Positions 19,862 through 30,542 of a stretch of 64,000 bases of DNA are shown one piece after another (position 1 is the first letter of the stretch; every line of letters starts with the position of its first letter). The DNA is from a virus (taxonomy: Duplodnaviria > Caudoviricetes), in the IMG/VR virus record IMGVR_UViG_3300013947_000021, positions 128,001 through 192,000 of that record; one strand, written 5' to 3'. The notes under the pieces are model-generated. The model searched no databases and was not told the DNA's origin. It saw only the letters and a program-made list of their open reading frames with translations. The translations under genes and the position numbers were made by a program.

Positions 19862-20680
19862 ATGACACTTAGCGAATATTCAGCATATTCTAATATCACA
19901 AGAAACATATTTAATTATATGAATGGAAAAATAAACCCATATAATATATGCAAACTTAATATAGCTACTTATAGTGTAAAAGGATATAATGGCTTTATTA
20001 AATATCCTAATTTGGTTACAATTTATATTGGAACAATTTTAGATAGTTGGGATGATAAATACTTTGATCAAGGATTAAATAAAATAGATTTTTGTTGTAC
20101 TTATATTGCTTGGGTTGTAGCGCATGAATTATTTCATTCTGAGCAATCAATGAGTATGTTTAATTATTCTAATAATACCAATTATAGAACTATTTGTGAA
20201 AATGATGTTAATAGAATATCATGGAATTGGGTTAACGATCATAAAGAAGAAATATCTAGGCTATTTGATTTTAATTGTATTATTAAAGATCTTACTGTTG
20301 ATAATCTTCCTAAAGAATCAAATTATGCAAAAGTTTCATCATTAAAAGAATTTTATTTACAGAATATAATTAATATAGGGTCATCTGCATATTGTGATTT
20401 AACTAATAAAATTATTGAAGCTATGGATAAATATAAAAATATAGGATTTGAAGTAAATCTTGCTGATAAATTCTGTAGAGGAGTATGGATAAAACGAGAT
20501 AATGAATTTTTATTAGATTCATTAAAAGCATTTACAGCTATAATTAATGACTTCTGTTCTCCATATTCTACATTTAAAATACAACATAAGATTTCAGTAT
20601 TACAAAATGATGAATCAACAGCTTTTATAGAGATCAATATAGCAGATCCTATAATAGAACCAATGGAATTTTATAAATAA
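19862..20680 (+). CDS. HExxH putative zinc metalloprotease-like early protein
   Basis: VAHELFHSEQ with a downstream Glu (ICENDV); early motif 19829-19845. Confidence 0.5.
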   Translation: MTLSEYSAYSNITRNIFNYMNGKINPYNICKLNIATYSVKGYNGFIKYPNLVTIYIGTILDSWDDKYFDQGLNKIDFCCTYIAWVVAHELFHSEQSMSMFNYSNNTNYRTICENDVNRISWNWVNDHKEEISRLFDFNCIIKDLTVDNLPKESNYAKVSSLKEFYLQNIINIGSSAYCDLTNKIIEAMDKYKNIGFEVNLADKFCRGVWIKRDNEFLLDSLKAFTAIINDFCSPYSTFKIQHKISVLQNDESTAFIEINIADPIIEPMEFYK

Positions 20681-20781
20681 AACAAAAATCCCATCTACCT
20701 GAAATATGGTAGATGGGTCATTTTTATTTTTTAACTTTTTAATAAGGACTTTATTAATTTTTATATAGGGAGATGAATTAA

Positions 20782-21282
20782 TTGCATATACTTAATACTA
20801 CGATAACAAAAATACCTGAATTTAATGTATGTATATTTCATAACTTATATCAGTTATTAATTGATAACTGTATTAGTTATAAGGACTTGAGATATAAAGA
20901 TTTTATTGAATGCTCAAATTCTATGTATATTAATACTCATAATATGAAAAGTAATAATTACGTATATAATGAGATTATAGGTGTAATAGGTGTACGTTTA
21001 ATAGATTTTCATGATGCCATTTCTTCTAAGTTAGATTACTACCCTATGAGAAAAAAGCATATGTATAGAGTAGAATTTTTACATCATAAAGAAATAGCAT
21101 CGGAAGATGATATCTATTCTCTCATTCATGAAAGTATAGCTGATAAAAATAATGGATTTATTGAATTTGTTCAGAAATGTGAATTGATGGATGAAGAAAT
21201 TTCTGCATTAGAACGTAATAATTTTCATAAAGAAACTGTTGGTACAAATACTATATGGATAAGAAATCCACTTACATTATAA
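20782..21282 (+). CDS. Hypothetical protein, possibly degenerate GNAT fold
   Basis: EIIGVIGV...YRVEFLH...ALERNNF; TTG start after GGGAG. Confidence 0.45.
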   Translation: MHILNTTITKIPEFNVCIFHNLYQLLIDNCISYKDLRYKDFIECSNSMYINTHNMKSNNYVYNEIIGVIGVRLIDFHDAISSKLDYYPMRKKHMYRVEFLHHKEIASEDDIYSLIHESIADKNNGFIEFVQKCELMDEEISALERNNFHKETVGTNTIWIRNPLTL

Positions 21283-21331
21283 AAAAAAGAAAGACCAAAG
21301 GTACAAATAGTACCTTTGGTTTATTTTTTAT

Positions 21332-21865
21332 TTACTTAACCCAAACAGGGCACGGAGCAATTACTCGAACACTCTCATGTGCCGGAACAGTAGTAGGAGT
21401 CTTAGAATAACGATCAGTTCCATCATCATTTACACCAACCTTAGTCGGATAAAGTCTAGTAGACTCAGGAACATTCTTAAGGCTAATCGAAACATCAGAA
21501 AGCTCTCTTGCACCAAGAGGAAGCTTGCGATTAGTGTGAATATAAGTATTGATAAATTCCTTGGATACATCTACCATAGTAGTTGCATCACTCTTAGTAA
21601 CCTCATACTTATCTACAAGGCCAGTTGCCTCAGAAGCAGAAATCTTTGTAGCCTTAGAAATAATGTTTGCACACATATTTCTAAAGTCCTTAGCCGGAGT
21701 ATATACACCCTCAGCTCCATCCTTACCATAAATATTTACTTCATAAGATGTATCGTTAAGCATTGCCTGCATAACCTTAATCTCATCCTTACGAGAAGCA
21801 CTCTTCTGAGAGAGGTTGCTCTTAATATCATTTACAAGTTCAGTTACAGTAATACGATCTGCCAT
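21332..21865 (-). CDS. Abundant putative DNA-binding protein, HU/IHF-like C-terminal half
   Basis: Highly-expressed codon bias; helical region then beta-arm-like segment ending VPAHESVRV. Confidence 0.45.
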   Translation of the reverse strand: MADRITVTELVNDIKSNLSQKSASRKDEIKVMQAMLNDTSYEVNIYGKDGAEGVYTPAKDFRNMCANIISKATKISASEATGLVDKYEVTKSDATTMVDVSKEFINTYIHTNRKLPLGARELSDVSISLKNVPESTRLYPTKVGVNDDGTDRYSKTPTTVPAHESVRVIAPCPVWVK

Positions 21866-21893
21866 TTTGGTTATCTCCTTTTAATATAAAAAT

Positions 21894-22049
21894 TTAATCT
21901 TTATTGTTGAAAAATATAAATGGTTCTTGTAACTTTTTAGGTTTACCTTTTTCCAATATATATTTATCAATTTCTTCAGGTGTTGATTTTGCCAAAAAAT
22001 CTATAAAATTTTCTTTAGATATTTTTGGTTTAGATTCTTTTTTGCTCAT
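21894..22049 (-). CDS. Small hypothetical protein, 51 aa
   Basis: Not in ORF track. AGGAG SD, MSKKESKPKISKENFIDFLAKSTPEEIDKYILEKGKPKKLQEPFIFFNNKD. Confidence 0.65.
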   Translation of the reverse strand: MSKKESKPKISKENFIDFLAKSTPEEIDKYILEKGKPKKLQEPFIFFNNKD

Positions 22050-22181
22050 AATCATTCTCCTAAATTATATAATAGTGAGCACTTTGATAATTTACTATTA
22101 CACATATGTATTTGACGTTGTAAAGGTTAATTCAGAGTATTTTAATAATCTTAACTTATTTATAAAGAGGTGATCTAACTT

Positions 22182-24587
22182 ATGAAAATGATAAATGAAC
22201 TTAGACCACTATATCTATATTCTGCAGGAAAGAAGTTTTATGCACCAATAAATGTTTCGGAACGTAGAAAAGGTGCTGCTATATTATTGCTCTCTCCAAA
22301 TCTAGATACTAGTGCTAAGATGATTCAACTCCCTTACATGTATAATCCAGGATTATTTTCCTCTTTCTTTATAGATAGAAATATAACTGCATATATATCT
22401 GATCTTACTGATGAAGATGTAGACTTTGATGAAAAAGAAGAAGAATCTTTATCTGAATCTCTTGTTTCACTTGGAAATTCTAAGATTACATTTGAATATG
22501 ATAGTGATGTACCTGTTCTTGTAAAAAGGCATTGCTATAATATCTTCAATTCAAATGTAGCTAAGTATCTTGCCAATAAAATTGGACTTAAAGATCTTCC
22601 TAAGAAGCTTTTCATTAAAGTACATAATAATCTTAACGAATTATCTTCTGGAGTGGACTATAAGGATCTTAAAATTAATTTATTCTCATATACAAAAGAT
22701 AATGTAATTAATATAATTCCTAAGTCTGTGTTTAATGAAAGAGAATTCGGCGGTGAATATGATATATATCTTGCTACTGAATTACTTAATGCTATAATTT
22801 TAAATACTAATCCTAAAATAAATAAAATATTAGCTGAAGCTATTGGAGCAGCAGTATCTGGTAGAATAGAATGGGTATTTGTTTCTAAGGAAACTAAAGG
22901 ATTATTTACTGGATCTTCTTCTGACCTTATTCTTAAATATGGAAAGATATTCTATAATATCTTAAATTCAAATAGAGGGCATGATATCGGTAAATTGATT
23001 CTTACTAATGATACATCTATTCTTACAGATGAAATTAGAAATGAAACAATTAATTCATTTAAAGCTACTATATATGGATACGTTGGGCTTATTAAATCTT
23101 TTCTTCCTGAAAAGAAGGTTAATGAAGCTACAGTAATTGCTGAAAATGACCCATATAATGATATCCTTTCTATATGTAAAACACTTTCAGAAGATGAAAT
23201 GAAAAAGATTTCATTCTATCCTGAATATAGAAATTCTCAGTTTGTAATCAAGAGAATTATTCATAAAATTAATGATGAGCCTGCAGGATTCCTTGATGTG
23301 TATCAATTCCCTTCTAAACCTGAAATTGCTCAAATAACTCTTGCTGTTAATAGTAATTATAGGCATATGGGCGTTGCAGATTCTATGGTTAAAGAGATGC
23401 TTGATTCTAATCTTGAATCTGAATATGGATTTAGTACTTATTGGTGGACTGCTCATCCAGATAATATTGGTTCTCAGAAAACTGCTCTTAAGAATGGTTT
23501 TATTAATACTGATTTGATTGATAAATATGGTAGAATGGTATTTATAAAACCTGTAAAAGCAATTACAGAATCATCTGAAATTCCTACTTATACTCTTATG
23601 AAAAAATGTCCTATTCCTGAACTTGAATTTGGAGAATATGGAATACAGATTAATACTGAAAATAGAGAAACTGTTTTCAATGAAGTTAATGATGAAGCTA
23701 TGTATTCCAAGAGAATTAGAAAGTTCTTGTATATGGAACGTTTAAAGAATAAGAAGCAGGTTATGGAAGAATATGATAAAATTCGTCCAAGTATTCCTAT
23801 GATAAAAAGAATGTATCCTAAGATTGAAATGTATAAGAGATTTAATCTTTTTGTAGATACTTCATATTATCATGCTATATTCTTAAGAAAGAATAAATTT
23901 AAGAGAGATAGAGCAGTAAACTTCTATTTCAATTTCTTAAATAGACTTCTTAATAATCCTGATGTAAATGATGTGTATAAGACTCGTACTATATTTATTC
24001 CTATAGATAGTGGAATTTGGAATGAAATACCAGGATCTGATATAACAGACTGGAGAACTAATTTAAATCCGATTTCAATTTTCTTTAGGCTTGTACGTAC
24101 CAATTTACCGTTACTTAGGAAAGAGTGGGGAAATAAAACTATAGTTTTTGTAGGATCTAGAGGTTACTTTACTATAGATTTCTCTACTATCGAATTTAAG
24201 AATCTTCAGAGAATAAAAAGAAATCTTATCAAACTCAGGTCTACTACTGAAAAGATAGAGGATGAGTATGAAGTAGATGACGATGATACTCTTTCTGAAG
24301 ATGAAGATAATACAAATTCTTCTAAAGCTACAGCATTGAAAATCATAGATACAATAGAGAATAAAACTGGTATAGAAATAAATAATGCTTCTCAGATTAA
24401 TAATATTTCTAAACAGAAAGTTTCTACTGTTGGATTGGTTGATTCTCACATGAAGATATCTTCTAAAATAGTAACTATTAAAGATAGTTCTAATCCTACA
24501 CTTGTTATCTCTATAGATAATGATGTATTAACTACTAATTCACCTTTGGATATTAAGGGATTTAATAAATATTATAGTGAAGATTAA
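22182..24587 (+). CDS. Large probable virion protein with internal GNAT acetyltransferase domain
   Basis: AQITLAVNSNYRHMGVA (acetyl-CoA motif A) and WTAHPDNIGSQKTALKNGF (motif B); promoter AACT-TATTTA-TA 22153-22164. Confidence 0.65.
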   Translation: MKMINELRPLYLYSAGKKFYAPINVSERRKGAAILLLSPNLDTSAKMIQLPYMYNPGLFSSFFIDRNITAYISDLTDEDVDFDEKEEESLSESLVSLGNSKITFEYDSDVPVLVKRHCYNIFNSNVAKYLANKIGLKDLPKKLFIKVHNNLNELSSGVDYKDLKINLFSYTKDNVINIIPKSVFNEREFGGEYDIYLATELLNAIILNTNPKINKILAEAIGAAVSGRIEWVFVSKETKGLFTGSSSDLILKYGKIFYNILNSNRGHDIGKLILTNDTSILTDEIRNETINSFKATIYGYVGLIKSFLPEKKVNEATVIAENDPYNDILSICKTLSEDEMKKISFYPEYRNSQFVIKRIIHKINDEPAGFLDVYQFPSKPEIAQITLAVNSNYRHMGVADSMVKEMLDSNLESEYGFSTYWWTAHPDNIGSQKTALKNGFINTDLIDKYGRMVFIKPVKAITESSEIPTYTLMKKCPIPELEFGEYGIQINTENRETVFNEVNDEAMYSKRIRKFLYMERLKNKKQVMEEYDKIRPSIPMIKRMYPKIEMYKRFNLFVDTSYYHAIFLRKNKFKRDRAVNFYFNFLNRLLNNPDVNDVYKTRTIFIPIDSGIWNEIPGSDITDWRTNLNPISIFFRLVRTNLPLLRKEWGNKTIVFVGSRGYFTIDFSTIEFKNLQRIKRNLIKLRSTTEKIEDEYEVDDDDTLSEDEDNTNSSKATALKIIDTIENKTGIEINNASQINNISKQKVSTVGLVDSHMKISSKIVTIKDSSNPTLVISIDNDVLTTNSPLDIKGFNKYYSED

Positions 24588-24594
24588 AAGAATA

Positions 24595-24623
24595 TACCCA
24601 TCTAGGATGTACCTAGATGGGTA
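24595..24623. terminator. Bidirectional terminator
   Basis: TACCCATCTAGG/CCTAGATGGGTA between convergent genes. Confidence 0.75.
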
Positions 24624-24631
24624 ATTTATTT

Positions 24632-26389
24632 TTACTTCAGAATATATACATTATTTGCAGGATTCGGAAGAATAAACTGATTGCAAGTAATCATAAGAGT
24701 AAGAATCTTAGCAACAGCATCAAGAATAGTAATATCGGACATAATAGAAGACTTTACATTATCAGTCCATATATTTTCTCTAATATTATAAGCAGTATTA
24801 TTAATAAGCTTTTTCTTAATAAGATCCATAATCTCATCAGGAGTATTATCAGCAAAGCTATTAGAATAAAGTCCACTTACAAGCTTATCATATGCATCTG
24901 CAAATGCTTCTATAATAGGCTTGGTATATTCTGTAAATGTGTAATCCTTAAAGATATCTGATTCATAATTAGTTATATTCTTATAAATACGAGTAATAGA
25001 ATCAACTGCAGAAAGGTTTGCAGCATATCCTACACCATTAGCATCTGCAGAACGAATATTAAGAACAGCATCTTCTACAAGATCTCTAATAGTATCTCTA
25101 TCAGTCTGAGTTGCTCCACCAACAAATATCTCAACCATATTAGACTTAAGAGAATTATATCTTCTCTTTACTCGTCCAATATCTCGTACATCCCCTTCGG
25201 CAGTAAGATTCTTAATTTCAGATTCAAGATAAGAAAGAAGGCTCTTATAAAGATTACTATAAGAACCATCCTCATTAAACATCTCATGAGGACGAACAAA
25301 TGTAGTCTTATCAGAATAAGCGATCACTCTATCACAAGTACCTGCCCAATCAAATACAGTATCAGGAGTAGGAGCAAGCCCATTCTTTACATCCTGCTCA
25401 AATACTCTAGGATCAAGATACTTTCTAATAAGTTTAGCTCCACACATCTTAGAAAGATCTGCAAGCTGATCAGGATCAGAAAAATCAGTGATAATACAAA
25501 TAGGAAGTCTATTGTTTATAGGCATCTTTGCCATATTAGCAACAAGGGAATCCATAATACTCGAAGAATCCTGAGTAATCTTTGGTGCAAAAATTACAGT
25601 AGGAATGATCTCATCATACTTCTGAGCATTTACAGGAGTAATAATATTATGAGAAAGAATGGAATCAAAATATACTCCAAGCTCACGAGTATCAATAGGA
25701 TGCTCAAAGAAATATACTTCAGGCTTATCAATAACAGAAGTATTCTTACTTGCATCAGTAATATAACAAGTATCTGCATAACCCGCATTAATTGTCATAC
25801 CATTATAATACTTTACGTATGTATCATTTCCTATAGCAGGAGTTACATCAATAAATACTCCTCTTCCCATAGTATTATAAACTTCCTTAAGAAGATTAGA
25901 CATTTCAACGTTTCCATTAGTAGAAATCATTGCAATATCATATGCATCATCGACGATAAATTCCTTTGCACTATTCTTAATGGTATCCTTAATAAGTTCT
26001 ACCATACTCTTAATCTGTCTAGCAAATTCTGCAGGCTCAATATAATTAAACTTTTCAGACTTATAAATAGTATCATAAAAATATGCAGAAAGAAGAACTG
26101 CAGAAGTTGTGCCATCACCAACAGTCTTTACAATATAACGAGTAATAGATTCAATATCTTCTCTAACAGAATCTTCAATAACTCCATTATATCTTACTGC
26201 TCCGATAATACTATGTCCATCCTTAGTATATCTAGGAAGATTATTATCCTGCTTAATACAAGCATTAGATCCATTTGGTCCAAAAGAAAGCTTAAGAATA
26301 TCTGCAAGCTCAAGAAGAGTATTATGATAAATTTCTCCAAGCTTTTCCTTAGGTACTACATTATTAATTGCACTACTAATAATCGCCAT
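24632..26389 (-). CDS. groEL: GroEL-like phage chaperonin
   Basis: SFGPNG, TKDG, VGDGTTSA, VGG...DLVEDAV. Confidence 0.9.
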   Translation of the reverse strand: MAIISSAINNVVPKEKLGEIYHNTLLELADILKLSFGPNGSNACIKQDNNLPRYTKDGHSIIGAVRYNGVIEDSVREDIESITRYIVKTVGDGTTSAVLLSAYFYDTIYKSEKFNYIEPAEFARQIKSMVELIKDTIKNSAKEFIVDDAYDIAMISTNGNVEMSNLLKEVYNTMGRGVFIDVTPAIGNDTYVKYYNGMTINAGYADTCYITDASKNTSVIDKPEVYFFEHPIDTRELGVYFDSILSHNIITPVNAQKYDEIIPTVIFAPKITQDSSSIMDSLVANMAKMPINNRLPICIITDFSDPDQLADLSKMCGAKLIRKYLDPRVFEQDVKNGLAPTPDTVFDWAGTCDRVIAYSDKTTFVRPHEMFNEDGSYSNLYKSLLSYLESEIKNLTAEGDVRDIGRVKRRYNSLKSNMVEIFVGGATQTDRDTIRDLVEDAVLNIRSADANGVGYAANLSAVDSITRIYKNITNYESDIFKDYTFTEYTKPIIEAFADAYDKLVSGLYSNSFADNTPDEIMDLIKKKLINNTAYNIRENIWTDNVKSSIMSDITILDAVAKILTLMITCNQFILPNPANNVYILK

Positions 26390-26409
26390 TTTAATTTATC
26401 TCCTTTTGA

Positions 26410-27069
26410 TTAATTTATATCTCTATAAGGTGATACTACTTTAATATCGCATATATCGCCTAAATTAACAATAAGTTCAGGGTCTAAAATTCTACGTTCA
26501 TCGTTAAGGAAGTTATCTGCATAAGAAAGCACAAGAATATTCTTAGGTTTATCTATTTTATATTTAAGAATAGATTTTGAATCTCCTGATATAATTCTTC
26601 CATATTTATCAGTATCAACATTTGATCTATCCAATTCAAGAATATTATCTGGATAAATTTTATATCTATTAAGAATATTTCTAGATATATTATCTCCAGG
26701 ATCTATTCTGACTGCAGTCGTTATAGTCCCATTTCCAGCTTTCTTATATGCACTAATAAGAATAGCCATAGATGTAATAAAAATATTTCCATCAGTAGAA
26801 GCATCATATATATTATCTATTATAGATAAATCATACATTTTATCAGTATCATCTATTATAAAATCTCTAAATAATCTGGATCTATGTATTCTGCCCCATT
26901 TAATTTTAGTATCATCTAATTTAGATAAATAATCCATATGATAAATATTATCTAACGAATTACGATTATTTTCTTGATTATTATAAAGATCTCTTAGAGC
27001 CCCCAATGCAGTTGCTTCTTTATCTATAATAGAATCTATATCAAATAATACAGAATTATCATTATTCAT
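26410..27069 (-). CDS. Hypothetical protein, HAD-like N-terminus
   Basis: VLFDIDSIID resembles HAD motif I. Confidence 0.4.
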   Translation of the reverse strand: MNNDNSVLFDIDSIIDKEATALGALRDLYNNQENNRNSLDNIYHMDYLSKLDDTKIKWGRIHRSRLFRDFIIDDTDKMYDLSIIDNIYDASTDGNIFITSMAILISAYKKAGNGTITTAVRIDPGDNISRNILNRYKIYPDNILELDRSNVDTDKYGRIISGDSKSILKYKIDKPKNILVLSYADNFLNDERRILDPELIVNLGDICDIKVVSPYRDIN

Positions 27070-27132
27070 ATAAATTACCTCAAAAATAAAAAAAAAGAAA
27101 GTGATGGTTAATCACTTTCTTTAAATTTTTAA

Positions 27133-27939
27133 TCAATAGATATCATCAATATCTACAGATTCATACGTTGTCTTGGTTTCGTAATTACTAGGAGAAGATG
27201 AATCAGAATTGCTATTAGCAAAATGAGAAGTACTATTATATCTAGAACCACCATTCTTCTGATAAGTAACAGAATTCTTAGTTACTTCTACACCAAGCTT
27301 ATCTGCAATAGCTTCAATCTTCCCTTCAACTCTATTAAGAGAATATTTACGCTGATCCATAACAGTAAATGCTACTGCATTTGTTACAGCCTTAATGTAT
27401 TCATCAAGAACCATTATTACCTGCTCAATTTCAAGATACTTATAATCCTCATAATCAGTATCATGATTTTCAGTACCAGTATAATTTCTTACAGAGTAAT
27501 AATAGTTGGTCTTAAACTGATATGCAAAACTTGCAGTAACAGCTCCATTCTCTCCAAGCTTTCTAATAATCAGACAAGGACTATCAGGAGAGCCAAGTTC
27601 AGAACCATTAGAAATAGTTATAATTGCAGAGCCAGAAGGAACTCCGCAACCATTATACTGCTTAGGATCTTTAATAAAGTTTGCAAGTTCATCTCTAAGA
27701 ATTCTTGCCTTAGTATGAGTAAGGAATATTGTAATTCCATTATCCATATCAAATGCAATCTCATCATTACCAGTATTTTTCTTAGGGAAGATTCCAATAC
27801 AAAGACTTGTTCTCCAATACTTAAAAGTAAGACAAGTTGCATCAATCTTAGACTCTGCATTATTCATGCGATAATTCGAATAAACACTATACTCGATTGT
27901 ATTATTATTCTTATTATTTGAGTAATTATTAAAAGCCAT
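27133..27939 (-). CDS. Putative single-stranded DNA-binding protein
   Basis: Beta-rich core, S/N-rich linker, acidic tip VDIDDIY. Confidence 0.45.
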   Translation of the reverse strand: MAFNNYSNNKNNNTIEYSVYSNYRMNNAESKIDATCLTFKYWRTSLCIGIFPKKNTGNDEIAFDMDNGITIFLTHTKARILRDELANFIKDPKQYNGCGVPSGSAIITISNGSELGSPDSPCLIIRKLGENGAVTASFAYQFKTNYYYSVRNYTGTENHDTDYEDYKYLEIEQVIMVLDEYIKAVTNAVAFTVMDQRKYSLNRVEGKIEAIADKLGVEVTKNSVTYQKNGGSRYNSTSHFANSNSDSSSPSNYETKTTYESVDIDDIY

Positions 27940-27999
27940 TTTTGTTTCTCCTTAGTTATTAAAATTACTTATACGTTAAACAGCAAGTCAAGAGTTACA

Positions 28000-28740
28000 T
28001 TACTGCTTATAAACATTATTATCAGCTAATGCCATTGCTGTTATAGAATCTATCTTGTAATAAAGTTTAGTTGAATAGGTTTTTATATCTTTATTATATA
28101 TGCTTCGTGAAGCATATATACCCGGCACTATATTTTTATTATTAGAACTACATTCAGAAATACTAATAATTTTATTTACCCATTCATATGGCTCAGGTAA
28201 TTTAATATCGAATAAATCAAAAATGGAATCATAATTTTTTCCTATTTCTTCATCATACCAACAAGATTCCATAAAGTTTGTAGATAACAGATCTTCAATT
28301 CTATAATTAACAGTGCAGAGTTCTATATGAGGATATATATTAGATGTAGCTTCAATATCCTTAATTGTTTGATCGTAGTTCTTTGTTATATACCTATATG
28401 CTGCATAGTTTTTATCTCGCTCATCAGAAGGACCAAATGCAAATCTCTTTCTAAGTTTATTATCCCAATCTTGTACGATTAAATCACTTGGATAAATTAT
28501 AATAAGGTCTGAATTAGGAACTCTTGCCATAAGTTCTTCTTGTACTTCTTTATGTGTAGATGTAAATACATAATGATCTTTTGCAAGATGTATTGCTGTA
28601 TTAGCATATACCTCTGCCCAATCTTGAACTTTACCTTTATTATTACTTAAATTAAAGCAAGATGATTCAAGATCGATAAAATGTGGGTCATTCATTGATG
28701 ACTTTCCTACTCCGGGATATCCCATAATAATTTTGTTCAT
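28000..28740 (-). CDS. P-loop NTPase/kinase-like early protein
   Basis: IIMGYPGVGKS Walker A; early motif 28798-28814. Confidence 0.65.
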   Translation of the reverse strand: MNKIIMGYPGVGKSSMNDPHFIDLESSCFNLSNNKGKVQDWAEVYANTAIHLAKDHYVFTSTHKEVQEELMARVPNSDLIIIYPSDLIVQDWDNKLRKRFAFGPSDERDKNYAAYRYITKNYDQTIKDIEATSNIYPHIELCTVNYRIEDLLSTNFMESCWYDEEIGKNYDSIFDLFDIKLPEPYEWVNKIISISECSSNNKNIVPGIYASRSIYNKDIKTYSTKLYYKIDSITAMALADNNVYKQ

Positions 28741-28885
28741 AATTATTTCTCCTTAATAAATTATAAAATTTAAATAGTAAGATTTTTATCTTACTATTTC
28801 ATATAAATAATATATCATTGTATGGTGCTTTATTTTTTTTTATTACTTTATTGAGGAAAACTTATTAATAAAAGGAAGTGATATT

Positions 28886-29446
28886 ATGAATAACACTAAT
28901 AATTTTTATGATGAACTTGAATTACACGATACAGAAATTGCTATAGCGATGGATGATATAGATAGAGCTAAGCCTGAAAATATAAAATTTATTATACCAG
29001 TACTTACTCCATATATGGATAATTCAAAAATAGCTAAAAATACTATTCATCAGAATAAAGAAAATCTTATGAATGCAGATACATCATCTGTAGAAATTAA
29101 TAATCTAGAAAATACTAATTATTTTATTACTTCTATTCCTAAAGAATTATGTGCAGTATCTGATGGTGAATTTGAAATAACTGAAGGTGAATTAGTTACT
29201 ACTAATAATATTAGTTCAACAAATGGATCAATTTCAATGAGTGGCTCAGTATCAGAAGAAACTGGAAGTGTATCTGTTTCTGGCAATATTACTATAAATA
29301 ATGCAGATACCAAGACTACAAAGATTACCGGAACATTAAAAATAAGGCCTAAAGATAGGATAATAAAAGCTCCTAGTAAATGGGCCGTTACATTTATAGG
29401 TGGAGATATATCAAAGCCTAGAATAATTTGTAGATTGTTAGATTGA
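28886..29446 (+). CDS. Putative baseplate spike/hub (gp5 OB-fold-like) protein
   Basis: C-terminal VTFIGGDISKPRII; S/G-rich beta segment; late promoter 28859-28870. Confidence 0.45.
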   Translation: MNNTNNFYDELELHDTEIAIAMDDIDRAKPENIKFIIPVLTPYMDNSKIAKNTIHQNKENLMNADTSSVEINNLENTNYFITSIPKELCAVSDGEFEITEGELVTTNNISSTNGSISMSGSVSEETGSVSVSGNITINNADTKTTKITGTLKIRPKDRIIKAPSKWAVTFIGGDISKPRIICRLLD

Positions 29447-29460
29447 AGGAGGAAAATATT

Positions 29461-30504
29461 ATGTCAGTAATTATTTGTCTTGACCCTGGTCATGTACGTA
29501 ATTATAATCATGGTGCATATGATCTTTATTATGAAGGTACCAAAATGTATGATCTTGCAGTAATGCTTAAACAAGAAATTGATAAGTATCCTGGTATGGA
29601 AGCTATCATTACCAGAAAGAATGTCGATGATAATCCTGAACTTCATATCAGAGGAAGAATTGCAAAGAATGCTGGGGCTAGATGCTTTATATCTCTTCAT
29701 ACCAATGCCGCAGTTAATCCCAATATTAATCAGGTTACTATATTTAGATCTATTAAAATGCCTGGTACTGAAGCTCTTGCATGGAAACTTGAAAATGCTA
29801 TAGCAGATCTTATCGGTAAGGATGTTCCTACCACTAAGTATCCTAGAATTGCTACTAGACTTATTTCATCTGGTCCTAAGGCTGGACAGGATTATTATGG
29901 AGTACTTAGAGGAAGTACTGATGGATCTATTAAGGAATCCATGATAATTGAGCATGTTTATCATACTAATTATAAACAGGCTGAATGGATGTATAACAAT
30001 AATAATCTTAGACAGCTTGCTATAGTAGAAGCTAAGGTTCTTGCAGATTATTATGCTGATCTTAGAGCTCAAGAAATAAATAAGCCTACTAATAATACTA
30101 ATAATAACAATACAACTACTGTTGGAAAAGCTTATATTGTAAAATCTGGAGATTCATGGTGGTCAATTGCTGCTAATCAGATGGGTTCAGGAGCTAAGAT
30201 GTATGAACTTGCTGAATATAACAATTGTACTATAAAGTCTGTACTTGCTGTTGGAAGTACTATAAAGATTCCTACTATTGCAAGCAATAATGATAAGTCC
30301 AATAATAATTCTAGCAATACTAATACTACTAAACCTGCTACTGGTTATAAATTCTATACTGTTAAAATAGGTGATTCTTGGTGGGGAATTGCTGCTAGAG
30401 AAATGGGTAATGGAGCTAAATATAAAGAACTTGCTGAATATAATGGACTTAAGACTACTAGTATTATAAAGCCTGGTCAGACTATAAAGATTCCTGTAGC
30501 ATAA
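29461..30504 (+). CDS. N-acetylmuramoyl-L-alanine amidase with two LysM domains (endolysin)
   Basis: ICLDPGH, FISLHTNA, MIIEH; two YxVKxGDSWWxIA LysM repeats; start 29461 after AAGGAGG. Confidence 0.9.
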   Translation: MSVIICLDPGHVRNYNHGAYDLYYEGTKMYDLAVMLKQEIDKYPGMEAIITRKNVDDNPELHIRGRIAKNAGARCFISLHTNAAVNPNINQVTIFRSIKMPGTEALAWKLENAIADLIGKDVPTTKYPRIATRLISSGPKAGQDYYGVLRGSTDGSIKESMIIEHVYHTNYKQAEWMYNNNNLRQLAIVEAKVLADYYADLRAQEINKPTNNTNNNNTTTVGKAYIVKSGDSWWSIAANQMGSGAKMYELAEYNNCTIKSVLAVGSTIKIPTIASNNDKSNNNSSNTNTTKPATGYKFYTVKIGDSWWGIAAREMGNGAKYKELAEYNGLKTTSIIKPGQTIKIPVA

Positions 30505-30510
30505 AAATAT

Positions 30511-30535
30511 CCCCTAGGAGAAATTCTCCTAGGGG
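30511..30535. terminator. Bidirectional terminator
   Basis: CCCCTAGGAGA/TCTCCTAGGGG between convergent genes. Confidence 0.75.
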
Positions 30536-30542
30536 TTTATAT

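Noticed and set aside
25286-26413. 375-aa antisense ORF over groEL (likewise 30645..31667 and 27223..27921)
   Set aside because: Antisense shadow ORFs without initiation signals
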